64,000 bases of DNA from an uncultured virus (IMG/VR IMGVR_UViG_3300031951_000046) (Duplodnaviria > Heunggongvirae > Uroviricota > Caudoviricetes): the IMG/VR virus record IMGVR_UViG_3300031951_000046; one strand, given 5' to 3'. Below are positions 1-10,300 of the stretch, piece after piece. Both the position numbers and the translations under genes were made by a program. Below the pieces are notes generated by a model, which worked only from the letters and a program-made list of their open reading frames with translations, did no database searches and had not been told where the DNA came from. Every line of letters begins with the position of its first letter. Position 1 is the first letter of the stretch.

Positions 1-1006
1 GATAGTGAACGATGGAACTGTGGGAGATATCACAGCCATCACCGCAGGAACCGGACTCACGGGTGGAGGCACCACCGGTCCCCTCTCCCTCGCGATCGAT
101 GATTCCGTGGTGGCCACCCTCTCAGGCTCCACTTTCTCCGGAGCGGTGCGGTTCAACGGAGGCCTCTCCGGATCCCTCACACGGTTGGCCAACGGATCTC
201 CCTATCTCACCGCGGGAAACAATGTTACCATCACCACAGGATCCAACGGATCGATAACCATCGGTTCTCTGATGGATGGTGCTGCCATCCTCGCAGGTTC
301 CGATGGACAGGTGCAGTTCAACGATGGCGGAACCTTCGGGGCATCATCTTCCCTCACCTTCAACAAGACCACCGGAGCCCTCACCGCCTCTTCCCTCACG
401 GCGGTGAGTGGGATCACAGGTTCCCTCACACGGTTGCCTGATGGATCTCCCTACCTTGTGGCCGGAACCAATGTGATCATCACCACAGGTTCCAACGGTG
501 CCATTACCATCGAGGCCGCCCTCTCACCCTACACCACCGCCTCCTTCACCAATGTAACACAGATCACGGTGAACCACTCGATCGGGCTCTCCCTCTACGA
601 TATCGAGGTGTTCGATTCCAACCGTGAGAAGATGATTCCCAAATCTGCAGTGGCCACATCTCCCACCCAAGCTGATATCACCTTCAGCATCCCCACCTCT
701 GGCTACGTGATCGTGGGTGGCCCCGGTGCACTGGGTGGCAGCAATGGTGGATCCTCGGGCGGAGGCGGAACGGGAGATCTCACATCACTCACCACGAACA
801 TCTCCACCACCGGTGAGATCACAGGCTCCGCGATCGCATCCACAGGAACGGTGGCGGCAGGTAATCCCTTCTATCTCGCATCCACCACCATCACCACCAA
901 CTACACGGTTCCTGCAGGTTTCAACGCCCTCACACCAGGCCCCATCACGATCGCGGATGGAGCGAGTGTGACTGTGAGCGATGGATCAACTTGGACCGTG
1001 GTGTGA
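1..1006 (+). CDS. Tail fibre-like structural protein, C-terminal part (5' truncated by window edge)
   Basis: Frame open from position 2. G/S/T-rich; carries the SGSLTxLxDGSxYL..TTGSNG and QVQFNDGG..FNKTT modules also found in 7313-11020. Confidence 0.7.
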   Translation, partial: IVNDGTVGDITAITAGTGLTGGGTTGPLSLAIDDSVVATLSGSTFSGAVRFNGGLSGSLTRLANGSPYLTAGNNVTITTGSNGSITIGSLMDGAAILAGSDGQVQFNDGGTFGASSSLTFNKTTGALTASSLTAVSGITGSLTRLPDGSPYLVAGTNVIITTGSNGAITIEAALSPYTTASFTNVTQITVNHSIGLSLYDIEVFDSNREKMIPKSAVATSPTQADITFSIPTSGYVIVGGPGALGGSNGGSSGGGGTGDLTSLTTNISTTGEITGSAIASTGTVAAGNPFYLASTTITTNYTVPAGFNALTPGPITIADGASVTVSDGSTWTVV

Positions 1007-1058
1007 TCTTTCGTTTTATTTCTCCACACATTCGATATATAATGAGCGAGGTAAAATC

Positions 1059-1301
1059 ATGGCAATCGTAATCAATTCATCAACGAGGATCAACAGCTCC
1101 ACACGCGTGGGAGCAGCACCAGGCGTTTCAGACATCCTGGCGCTCTGGGGCGTTACCGAATCGAACGGTGTAACCCTCACGGGAAGCGGAACCACCTACA
1201 CAGTCCCAGCAGGCACCAACGCATCCATCACAGGCCCACTCACCATCGATGATGGTGTCATTCTCGCAATCGATGATACTGCATCTCTAACAATCGTTTG
1301 A
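1059..1301 (+). CDS. Small virion-associated protein, paralogous to the C-terminus of the upstream fibre
   Basis: ATG 1059 after GAGG. YTVPAGTNASITGPLTIDDG resembles YTVPAGFNALTPGPITIADG in the upstream ORF. Confidence 0.6.
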   Translation: MAIVINSSTRINSSTRVGAAPGVSDILALWGVTESNGVTLTGSGTTYTVPAGTNASITGPLTIDDGVILAIDDTASLTIV

Positions 1302-1313
1302 AGAGAATAAATC

Positions 1314-1691
1314 ATGGCAAGTACAGCTAAATTCGATGTGTGGCAGGATACAGGTGGTAAGCCTCTCTACGGAGCCCGAGCCTGGGTCAACTTCAACGGA
1401 ACAGGAACGGTTGCGATAAGAGCAAGTGGCAATGTATCCAGCATCACAGACAATGGTGTTGGAGATTACACTGTTAATTTCACTACATCGATGCCTGATG
1501 CAAGCTATGCTGTTGTTGGTACCACAATCCACGGTGCAGGAATAAGTGATGTTGGAGTTATAGGAATTAGAGGAACTTCTTCTGCAACTTTAAAATCAAC
1601 TACTCAAGTTAGGCTTGATAACACATACGCTTCACCTGCAGGAGCAGGCTATTATGATGCCGGAGAAGTGTGTGTGATAGTTGTTCGATAA
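1314..1691 (+). CDS. Small tail-fibre/adhesin-like protein, family A copy 1
   Basis: MASTAKFDVWQD..YGARAWVNFNGTGTVAIR..NVSSITD.G.G.Y.VNF; five paralogues in the window. Confidence 0.65.
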   Translation: MASTAKFDVWQDTGGKPLYGARAWVNFNGTGTVAIRASGNVSSITDNGVGDYTVNFTTSMPDASYAVVGTTIHGAGISDVGVIGIRGTSSATLKSTTQVRLDNTYASPAGAGYYDAGEVCVIVVR

Positions 1692-1717
1692 CTTATTAGA
1701 ATGAAAGATAAACAATC

Positions 1718-2050
1718 ATGGCAAGTACGGCTAAATTTGATGTGTGGCAGGATACGAGTGGAAAGTCTTTCTACGGAGCTCGAGCCTGGGTCAACCTCAA
1801 TGGCACGGGAACGGTTGCAATCCGTGGAAGCGCAGGAGTATCCAGCATCACAGATTTGAATGTGGGTCGGTACCAAGTTAACTTCTCCAATTCTCTACCA
1901 AATGCGAACTACTCTGCGGTTTCCACAAATGAAACCGGTGGAGTAGGAGGAACATATTCACATACAACAACATCATTAAACGCTTATGTGAATAATGCAT
2001 CATTTCAGCCCCAAGATGGAACTAATATCAACGTAATTCTCTTCGCTTGA
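1718..2050 (+). CDS. Small tail-fibre/adhesin-like protein, family A copy 2
   Basis: Same N-terminal motif and YGARAWVN core as 1314-1691. Confidence 0.65.
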   Translation: MASTAKFDVWQDTSGKSFYGARAWVNLNGTGTVAIRGSAGVSSITDLNVGRYQVNFSNSLPNANYSAVSTNETGGVGGTYSHTTTSLNAYVNNASFQPQDGTNINVILFA

Positions 2051-2099
2051 TTCATCTAGCATTGATTCAGTGATATTCGCGTAACAAAAGGAATAGCAA

Positions 2100-2465
2100 A
2101 TGCCAAGTACAGCTAAATTCGATGTGTGGCAGAATACCGCGGGTAAGCCCTTTTACGGAGCTCGAGCCTGGGTCAACTTCAACGGAACAGGAACGGTTGC
2201 CATTCGTGGTTCCGCTAATGTATCCAGCATCACTGATAACGGAACCGGTAGTTTCTCCGTTAACTTCTCGAATGCATTGGAAGATGCGAACTACTCCATA
2301 TCCGTGTGTGTTGCCCATCCTGCAGGATCACCAACAGCACCGATGGTATCTCCAGTGAACTCTGCACAGGGAGCTCCATCCACCACCGCTTTCCACCTCT
2401 ACACGCTCAACACCAGTTACAGTGCCACGGATGCCACCTACATCTTCGCAACAGTTCACCGATAA
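2100..2465 (+). CDS. Small tail-fibre/adhesin-like protein, family A copy 3
   Basis: Same motif. 2154-2200 matches 1368-1414 at 46 of 47 nt. Confidence 0.65.
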   Translation: MPSTAKFDVWQNTAGKPFYGARAWVNFNGTGTVAIRGSANVSSITDNGTGSFSVNFSNALEDANYSISVCVAHPAGSPTAPMVSPVNSAQGAPSTTAFHLYTLNTSYSATDATYIFATVHR

Positions 2466-2502
2466 AAATTCACCTCAATAACCAACCACAGGAAATACCA
2501 AC

Positions 2503-2742
2503 ATGAATCAGAGAATAATCTACCAAACAGATGATGGCGGTGTTGCCGTCATCGTACCCTCGCCCGAGGCCCTCACCCAGTACAGTATCGATGCAATCGC
2601 CAAGAAGGATGTTCCTGCCGGAAAGCCTTACAAGATCGTGAGCATCGCCGATGTTCCCTCGGATAGAACCTTCAGGTCAGCCTGGGAGGTTGATCCCGCA
2701 ACCCTCACGGATGGTGTTGGTGCAGTTTCGAACGAGTTCTGA
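2503..2742 (+). CDS. Putative tail fibre assembly protein
   Basis: IIYQTDDGGVAVIVP..IAKKDVPAG..VPSDRTFRSAWE; small acidic protein inside the fibre cluster, AGGA upstream. Confidence 0.55.
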   Translation: MNQRIIYQTDDGGVAVIVPSPEALTQYSIDAIAKKDVPAGKPYKIVSIADVPSDRTFRSAWEVDPATLTDGVGAVSNEF

Positions 2743-2767
2743 TAGATAACAGGAAGGAAACAGAGAG

Positions 2768-3004
2768 ATGATAAAGGTAAACCTCGATAAGGCAAAAGTT
2801 ATCGCACACGAGAAGCGCAGGGCGGCACGTTCGGAGGAGTTCGCTCCCCTCGATGCAGAGCTCGCGAAGCAGATCCCAGGAACGAACACGGGAGCCATCG
2901 AGGCCGCCCGCCAGGCCATCCGCGATAAGTACGCGGTGGTGCAGAACTCCATCGATGCCGCGGGTGATGTAGCCGCCCTCGCCGGCATCGTTACCGCACT
3001 CTGA
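2768..3004 (+). CDS. Putative tail fibre assembly protein (helical)
   Basis: IKVNLDKAK.IAHEKRR.AR.EEFAPLD pattern; follows 2503-2742. Confidence 0.5.
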   Translation: MIKVNLDKAKVIAHEKRRAARSEEFAPLDAELAKQIPGTNTGAIEAARQAIRDKYAVVQNSIDAAGDVAALAGIVTAL

Positions 3005-3032
3005 TCCACAGCGAAGAGGAGTAACAACCTAG

Positions 3033-3584
3033 ATGAGCACGATAAAAACGAACAAGATACAAACACTCGGTGGCTTCACCTACAACGTACCTGTCCAGGT
3101 TGTTACATCTTCTCTGGGAGCTGCAGACCTGGGTACAACCGATACAGCAACATCGGATAGAACGAACAACAATCCCGCCTGGGCGATCACAACAACAACC
3201 ACAACCTGGACTGATACAACCAATCTTCAACTAACCATCACACCAAAGTTTTCCAACAGCATCATCAAGTTGGACCTAAACGTTTACATGGCTTGTGAAA
3301 CTGCAAACCATGGGCCGGCAGTTAGGATAAAGAGAGGAAACAAGATAATTTGGCGGCCCACTCATGATGCTACCGGTCCATTTGGTACCGGATATAGTAC
3401 GGCCAACTCTTTGCACGGTGTGCTATCGGCTGTTGCTTTCGATTCTCCAGCAACCACATCACCGGTTACTTATTCATTGCAGTACAGATCTTACAATGGA
3501 GGAACCTGTAGAATTTTCGCATATGGTGCAGCAGGAGCATACGGTTCATCGAATTACCTCATCGCAACGGAGATCGCACAATGA
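3033..3584 (+). CDS. Tail-fibre/adhesin-like protein, family B copy 1
   Basis: VQVV..LTITPKFSNSII..DSPATTS.VTY.LQ..EIAQ; paralogous to 3624-4184 and 4525-5040. Confidence 0.65.
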   Translation: MSTIKTNKIQTLGGFTYNVPVQVVTSSLGAADLGTTDTATSDRTNNNPAWAITTTTTTWTDTTNLQLTITPKFSNSIIKLDLNVYMACETANHGPAVRIKRGNKIIWRPTHDATGPFGTGYSTANSLHGVLSAVAFDSPATTSPVTYSLQYRSYNGGTCRIFAYGAAGAYGSSNYLIATEIAQ

Positions 3585-3623
3585 TCATCAGCCTCATAGT
3601 AACAAATTACAACAGGTGCAACA

Positions 3624-4184
3624 ATGCCAAGCATAGCTAAATTCGATGTGTGGAAGAACGGTGCAGGAACCAATTACAATGTGCCTATCCAGGTTGTTAC
3701 TTCCTCAGTAGGTACTGACCTAGGTACAACCGCAACATCAACTTCTGACAGGACTGCATCAACAAATAATCCCGCCTGGGTAATAGCCACTTCTACTACT
3801 ACCTGGACAAACACCAGCACCCTTTCACTTACTATATCTCCAAAATTTGCAAATAGCATTATTAGGCTGGATCTCAGCATATTCGCATATAGTTCAGGTA
3901 ACTATTCATGCCCAGTAGGCGTTAGGATAATCAGGGGATCAACAATTGTCTGGAGACCTGCTTTCAATACATTAGGTCCTTATGGAATGGGATTTTTAAA
4001 TAATTCTTTAGGTGCTTTTCAGCACCACATTACCGCTATTGATTCCCCTGCTACTACTTCTGCAATTACCTACTCTCTTCAGTACAGAACATATACGGGA
4101 TCTCAGTGTCATCTTTTTGGCTATGGTTCTGCTTCTGACTGGGCCTCTTCAAACTACCTCATCGCAACGGAGATCGCACAATGA
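3624..4184 (+). CDS. Tail-fibre/adhesin-like protein, family B copy 2
   Basis: Family B body with the AKFDVW N-terminus; last 30 nt identical to copy 1. Confidence 0.65.
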   Translation: MPSIAKFDVWKNGAGTNYNVPIQVVTSSVGTDLGTTATSTSDRTASTNNPAWVIATSTTTWTNTSTLSLTISPKFANSIIRLDLSIFAYSSGNYSCPVGVRIIRGSTIVWRPAFNTLGPYGMGFLNNSLGAFQHHITAIDSPATTSAITYSLQYRTYTGSQCHLFGYGSASDWASSNYLIATEIAQ

Positions 4185-4504
4185 ACAAGATATTCACGAT
4201 AGCAGATGCACTCGAATCACTATGTCCCGGAACCCAGTGGAGCATTCAAGGAAACGATCCTGATCGCATCACCTGGCACACACAGCCTGCAACCACACCC
4301 ACCCGGGAGGCACTGCTCGGTGAGGTTGCCCGCCTTCAGAGTGAGTATGATTCTCAGCTCTACGCCCGCCAACGTTCTCCCGAGTATCCACCACTCTCTG
4401 ACCTCGCGGATGCACTCTACTGGCAGGCACAGGGCAACGGAGAGCCAATGGCACGTTACGTGGCGGCCTGTGCGGCCGTGAAGGCCAAGTACCCGAAACC
4501 CTGA
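4181..4504 (+). CDS. Tail fibre assembly chaperone-like protein
   Basis: ATGA overlap with the upstream gene; AL.SL.PG.QW..EYPP..D..DA..AVKAKYPKP. Confidence 0.6.
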   Translation: MNKIFTIADALESLCPGTQWSIQGNDPDRITWHTQPATTPTREALLGEVARLQSEYDSQLYARQRSPEYPPLSDLADALYWQAQGNGEPMARYVAACAAVKAKYPKP

Positions 4505-4524
4505 ATAGAAATGAGAGATGATCG

Positions 4525-5040
4525 ATGGCTAGTTACGCGAAATTCGATGTGTGGCAGAACACTGCTGGTGTGAATAGGCAAACTGTTCTGCAGGTTGTTC
4601 AAACGGTAAAAACTGATACCTTCTCAACAACTAGCACAACTTGGACGGATATAACTGGCTTCAACGCAACGATCACTCCAAGTAGTACTACTAGTAAGAT
4701 ACTCGTTCAACTATCGTTGTGCTTTTTAGGAGATGCCAACACCCAAGGTTTCGCGAGGTTGATGAGAGATTCCACACCCATCGCAATTGGAGATGCGTAT
4801 GGTTCCAGAACGAGGTTCACACTCAACAACTACCAACTTCAAATAAACCAAGTTCCAACAACAGGTGTGATGTTCGTGGATTCTCCTGCCACCACTTCTG
4901 CTGTCACGTACAAGGTTCAGTTACAGAACCAGAACACGGGTGCAAATGTTGTTTACGTGAACAGATCTCCCACGTGGACTGATGCCGCCACATCAGGAAC
5001 GGGAGTTAGTACTCTTGTTTTAATGGAGATCGCACAATGA
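4525..5040 (+). CDS. Tail-fibre/adhesin-like protein, family B copy 3
   Basis: AKFDVWQN N-terminus; VLQVVQTVKTD..ITPSSTTSKILV..DSPATTSAVTYKVQ..MEIAQ. Confidence 0.65.
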   Translation: MASYAKFDVWQNTAGVNRQTVLQVVQTVKTDTFSTTSTTWTDITGFNATITPSSTTSKILVQLSLCFLGDANTQGFARLMRDSTPIAIGDAYGSRTRFTLNNYQLQINQVPTTGVMFVDSPATTSAVTYKVQLQNQNTGANVVYVNRSPTWTDAATSGTGVSTLVLMEIAQ

Positions 5041-5336
5041 TAGATAGAGCACTTATGAGCCTCCGCCCGGGAGCCCAGTGGGCCATGAACGGAGATGAGT
5101 ACGAGGGAATCCACTGGATGGATGAACACCAAACACTTCCCACGAAGGCTGAGGTCCTCGCGGAGGTTGCCCGCCTCCGAGAGGAGGCATCCCGCACCGC
5201 ATACAGGGAACTCCGTGCACGTGAGTATCCACCCATGGAGGATTACCTCGATGCAGTGGTGAAGGGTGATCAAGCTCAGATAAATGCGTACATAGCGGCC
5301 TGCGCGGCCGTGAAGGCCAAATACCCGAAACCATGA
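5037..5336 (+). CDS. Tail fibre assembly chaperone-like protein (paralogue of 4181-4504)
   Basis: ATGA overlap; ends AACAAVKAKYPKP like 4181-4504. Confidence 0.6.
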   Translation: MIDRALMSLRPGAQWAMNGDEYEGIHWMDEHQTLPTKAEVLAEVARLREEASRTAYRELRAREYPPMEDYLDAVVKGDQAQINAYIAACAAVKAKYPKP

Positions 5337-5361
5337 TTTAAATTCAAACTAAGGATAACAA

Positions 5362-5700
5362 ATGGCAAGTACAGCAAAATTCGATGTGTGGCAGGACACC
5401 ACTGGTAAACAGTTTTACGGTGCACGGGCATGGGTCAAGTTCAACGGTGTTGGAACAGTAACGATCAACTCTAGCGCAAACGTATCCAGCGTTACTGACC
5501 TGGGTGTTGGTCAGTATGGTGTTAACTTCACCACCGCCATGCCTGACACGAATTACGTGATCAGCGGATCTCCTGGTAGTGATGGAAGAGGTTTCATTAC
5601 TAATGTAACAAACACATCTCAGGCTTGGATTGGGGTGTTCACACCAGGAGCTCTCGGATATGGAGATTCAAATCCCATCTCTGTTGTGATTCACAGATAG
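5362..5700 (+). CDS. Small tail-fibre/adhesin-like protein, family A copy 4
   Basis: MASTAKFDVWQD..YGARAWVKFNG. Confidence 0.65.
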   Translation: MASTAKFDVWQDTTGKQFYGARAWVKFNGVGTVTINSSANVSSVTDLGVGQYGVNFTTAMPDTNYVISGSPGSDGRGFITNVTNTSQAWIGVFTPGALGYGDSNPISVVIHR

Positions 5701-5716
5701 CTAGAAAGAACAAAAC

Positions 5717-6145
5717 ATGCCTACAACGATATCGGGAACAACCATCACAACCACCGCAATCACGGGATCATCCATCAACCTAACAGGTGGAACACAGGGA
5801 TTCATAACTCCCACATCGGGATCTGCGCCCTACTACGGAGCTCGAGCATTCGTGAATTTCAACGGTACTGGAACGGTTGCGATCAGATCTGCAGGTAATG
5901 TGAGTTCCATAACGGATCTTGGAACAGGAATCTACCTCGTGAACTTCACCACCGCAATGCCCGATACAAACTATACTCTCTTGGGAACATCTGAGCACGA
6001 TGCCGGAACAAGCGTGGATTTCTTGGTGATCGATGGAGATGTTACGGTTTCATCTCCCTCAGCTTCTTCTGTCAGGATCAACATCATAACCTTCCAGGGA
6101 AGTGCGAGGGATTCACGGTTCTGTAACGTGGCGATCTTCCGTTGA
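5717..6145 (+). CDS. Small tail-fibre/adhesin-like protein, family A copy 5 (different N-terminus)
   Basis: YGARAFVNFNGTGTVAIR..NVSSITDLG core behind an unrelated T/S/G-rich N-terminus. Confidence 0.6.
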   Translation: MPTTISGTTITTTAITGSSINLTGGTQGFITPTSGSAPYYGARAFVNFNGTGTVAIRSAGNVSSITDLGTGIYLVNFTTAMPDTNYTLLGTSEHDAGTSVDFLVIDGDVTVSSPSASSVRINIITFQGSARDSRFCNVAIFR

Positions 6146-6175
6146 GCACAATTTGTGTAACAAGCACAATCTCCG

Positions 6176-6230
6176 TAACCCGTGGTGAATTCCTACAAAT
6201 TCCTCCACGGGTTATCTCATTTCATTTCTT
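6176..6230 (+). terminator. Stem-loop after the adhesin array, possible terminator
   Basis: TAACCCGTGG (6176-6185) / CCACGGGTTA (6205-6214) perfect inverted repeat followed by a T-rich tract. Confidence 0.5.
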
Positions 6231-6399
6231 CCAATTAACCTAATGCCACGTGAGAAGGAAAAAATATTTTCACAATTTGCCTCTCATTTATAAATACAGT
6301 TCCCGGGAGCCTTGTTACAATGAATCGGGCCCGTGGTGGAATCGCAACAAAATTGTTTAATACCTTCCACCTTGGTGTACATTATCCACAAAGCTTGAG

Positions 6400-7221
6400 A
6401 TGAGAATCGATTCACCGAACCTAGTTGGCACAACAACGATCACAGGATCAGCCGCGATCACAGGATCGCTCACACCCGGTCTCGATTCCTCCTACAACTT
6501 CGGATCCCTCTCGAAGAAGTGGAACAACATCTATGCGGCAGCCTTCTCTGGCTCCCTCACCCAACTCACCGATGGTTCTCCCTACCTCGTTGCGGGTGCC
6601 AACATCACACTCACCACCGGCTCCAATGGTGCGGTAACGATATCATCCACCTCCGTGGCGGGAACCCTCTTCGGAAGCGGTACTCCTAACTACCTCGCCC
6701 GATACTCCACGAGCTCCACCCTCACGGATTCGATAATCTATGATTCTGGAGCAATGATAGGTGTGGGTGCCACTCCCTCCGTGGAGCGGTTCCTCATCTC
6801 CGGTTCCTCTGCGGCAACCACCCTCAAGGTGCGTAACGGAAGCGGTGGAACGGTGTTCGATGTGCAGAACACCGCGGGAGATTCTCTCCTCTTCGTGAGC
6901 GGAAGCGGCAACATCGGCATCGGCACCACGGTATCATCCGATAAACTGGCAGTCAACGGATCAGTTTCGGTTTCGGGATCACTTCTACCCGGCATCGATG
7001 TTGCCTACTCCCTCGGCTCCGTATCGAAGCGATGGGCCAACATCTACACGGGTGACTTGCACCTGAAGAATGAGCGGGGTGACTGGACCATCATCGAGGA
7101 GGAGAGCTTCCTCACGATGCGCAACAACAAGACCGGAAAGCGGTACGTGATCAACATGACACCGATACCTGAACTTGATGAGGAACTCGGAAATTTCTCC
7201 ACCGGACCCCGTCCATTTTGA
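6400..7221 (+). CDS. Tail fibre-like protein, short paralogue of 7313-11020
   Basis: SGSLTQLTDGSPYL..TGSNG module; GNIGIGT; C-terminal RWANIYTGDLHLKNERGDWT domain. Confidence 0.7.
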   Translation: MRIDSPNLVGTTTITGSAAITGSLTPGLDSSYNFGSLSKKWNNIYAAAFSGSLTQLTDGSPYLVAGANITLTTGSNGAVTISSTSVAGTLFGSGTPNYLARYSTSSTLTDSIIYDSGAMIGVGATPSVERFLISGSSAATTLKVRNGSGGTVFDVQNTAGDSLLFVSGSGNIGIGTTVSSDKLAVNGSVSVSGSLLPGIDVAYSLGSVSKRWANIYTGDLHLKNERGDWTIIEEESFLTMRNNKTGKRYVINMTPIPELDEELGNFSTGPRPF

Positions 7222-7312
7222 GAGATCTTGAACGATCCACGTCAATTTCGTCAACAAATTTCCAAGTAACTTAATAATTAACGCAGGCCTCTTTCCCTAG
7301 GAGAAATGCATC

Positions 7313-10300
7313 ATGGCGTTAGTTTTAAGTAGCATATCAGGCAGTATTCAGTCCAACTCTAGAGTTGGATTGACAGGTTCTATCATCATCGCGAACAGAC
7401 CGGACAGCCTGTTCCCATCACTACCAAGTGATGCAACACTGTTCGTTTCAGGATCATCAAACACAGATTATGCAGTGTTCGGTGGATCCATCATCGGATC
7501 GGGCAGCCTTGCACTGAAGAACGCTTCGGGCGTGACTCAGTTCAACGCAGCCTCGACCGGCTTGACAGTGAGCGATTCGTCAGGCAACAGCAAGTTCTCG
7601 GTGGCTGCGGCCTCCGGTAACACATCTGTTGGCGGTACACTCACATCGACAGGCGTGATCACAGCAACGGGTGGCCTCAGCGGCTCGCTCACGAAGCTCA
7701 CAGACGGTTCTTCGTACCTCGTGGCAGGTTCGAACATCGTTGTCACAACAGGATCGAACGGTGCGATCACAATCGCCGGAACGATGAACGCTTCAACCCT
7801 CGTTGCCGGAACTGACACACAGATCCAGTTCAACGACGGAGGCAGCTCATTCGGTGGCGATGCTGGTCTCACCTACAACAAGACCACAGACACCCTCAAC
7901 GGTGTGACAGGTTCGTTCTTCGCTGTTAACACATCAGGAAACGCATCTGTTGGTGGCGGTCTCACAGTCACAGGAGCTTCAACACTCAACGGAAACGTCA
8001 CGGTGGGAGATGCTTCAGCTGACACTGTCACGGTCAATGGTACCACAACCTTCGCAGGATCTGGTGTCACGACAACGTTCGCTGGAGATGTGGCTGTTAA
8101 CGGCGGCGATGTTACATCGTCTGCAACAACCTTCAACCTCCTCAACAGCACAGTCACGACCCTCAACCTCGGCGGTGCAGCCACGGCGATTGAAATTGGT
8201 GCTGCAACAGGTACCACATCAATTAACAACGCACTCACAGTCGACGGTAACGTCACCCTCGGAAATGCATCAACAGACGCCCACACGGTGAACGGAGTTG
8301 CCACATTCAATCAGGGACTCAGCGGTTCGCACACCAAGCTCGCTGATGGAACAAGCGCGTTTATCGCAGGCGCCAACGTTTCTGTCACGACAGGTTCGAA
8401 CGGTGCAGTTACAATAGCCAACACAGCGACAGGCGCCACATACGTTGCAGGATCTGACACACAGGTCCAGTTCAACGATGGTGGCACTTTCGGAGCTTCT
8501 GCAAACTACACCTTCAACAAGACCACAAACCTCTTGAAGGTCACCAACATCAGCGGTTCGATCACCAGCAGCAACGTCACAGCTGGTCAAGTCGTTCTCG
8601 CCGGTGCAGGCGGTGTTCTCAGCGGTTCGAACGGTCTCTTCTGGAACAACGCTTCTGGAAGCCTCGGCATCGGCACCACACAGCCAACAGGCAAGTTCGA
8701 AGTTGCAGGATCTTCTGGATCTCTCTTCGCGGTCACAGACAGCATGTCGGGATCACTCCTCTCTGTCAACAACGTCTCGGGACTCCCAATCCTCGAGGTC
8801 TTCTCTGACAACAGGCTCGTCGCCGGCGGATACAACACAAACGCATTCGTGGTCTCAGGGTCACGCGTTGCCGTTGGCACAACGCCAATTAACACAACCG
8901 AGCTTCTCGTTTCAGGCTCCTCGACGTCTTCTGACAAGGTCCTCCTCGTTAAGGCTGGCGTCGCAGGTCAGACGGGAGCACTCGTTGATGTTCAGAACAG
9001 CGCAGGTTCTTCAGTGTTCATCGTTTCGAACACAGGAATCAGCGGTTCGCTCACCAAGCTCGTTGACGGATCAAGCGCCTTCATAGCCGGCACAAACGTT
9101 ACTGTCACAACCGGATCCAACGGCGCAGTCACAATCTCGGCCGCGATGAACGCCGGAGCTCTCGTCGGTGGTTCGGACACGCAGCTTCAGTTCAACGATG
9201 GCGGTTCGTTCGGTGGAGATTCAGGTCTCACCTACAACAAGACCACCGACACACTCACAGTTGCAGGCGACGTTGCAGTCAACGGAGGTGATATCACATC
9301 AACTGCTACATCCTTCAACCTCCTCAACAGCACTGTTACGACCCTAAACCTCGGTGGAGCTGCAACAGCTGTTGAGATCGGTGCCGCAACAGGCACAACA
9401 TCGATCAACAACTCACTCACGGTTGACGGAAACGTTACACTCGGTGATGCATCTGCTGACACCGTCACGGTCAACGGAACAACAACGTTCGCTGGTGCAG
9501 CTGTTACTACAACGTTTGCCGGTGACGTGGCTGTTAACGGTGGCGATGTTACCTCTTCGGCAGCAACGTTCAACCTCCTCAACAGCACTGTTACGACCCT
9601 AAACCTCGGTGGAGCCGCAACAGCAATCGAGATCGGCGCCGCAACAGGTACGACATCTATCAACAATGCACTCACGGTTGATGGCAACACAACGCTCGGA
9701 AATGCGGCCACCGACACCCACACGGTGAACGGTGCAGCCACATTCAACCAGGGTCTCAGTGGTTCTCTCACGAAACTTTCAGATGGCAGCAGCTACCTCG
9801 TCGGTGGCAGCAACATCTCCATCGTGACAGGATCCAACGGAGCCATCACGATCAGCACGTCCGCTGACATCACATCTGTCACAGCTGGAAACGGACTCAC
9901 AGGCGGTGGAAGCACAGGCGACCTCACGTTCACGGTGGACGACAGCAAGGTTGCAATGATCAGCGGATCAACCTTCACAGGTGCCGTCAAGTTCAACGCA
10001 GGCCTCTCGGGCTCGCTCACGAAACTTACCGACGGTTCCTCGGCCTTCCTCGCAGGTAACAACGTCACCATCACAACTGGTTCCAACGGCTCGATCACGA
10101 TCGCAGCTTCAATGAACGCTTCGGCACTCGTCGCCGGAACGGACACACAGATCCAGTTCAATGACGGTGGAGCCTTCGGAGCCGACTCCGGACTCACCTA
10201 CAACAAGACCACTGATACGCTCAACGGTGTCACAGGCTCGTTCTTCAGCCTCAGCACCTCGGGCAACTCCTCGGTGGGCGGAGCCCTCACGGTAACCGGT

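Noticed and set aside
1329..5391. CRISPR-like array from the recurring AAATTCGATGTGTGG
   Set aside because: The repeats lie in-frame in coding sequence, hundreds of bp apart with irregular spacing; no cas genes seen.
1314..6145. Diversity-generating retroelement or invertase shufflon behind the paralogue array
   Set aside because: No reverse transcriptase or site-specific recombinase in the window, no template/variable pair with adenine-specific differences, and all copies are in direct orientation.
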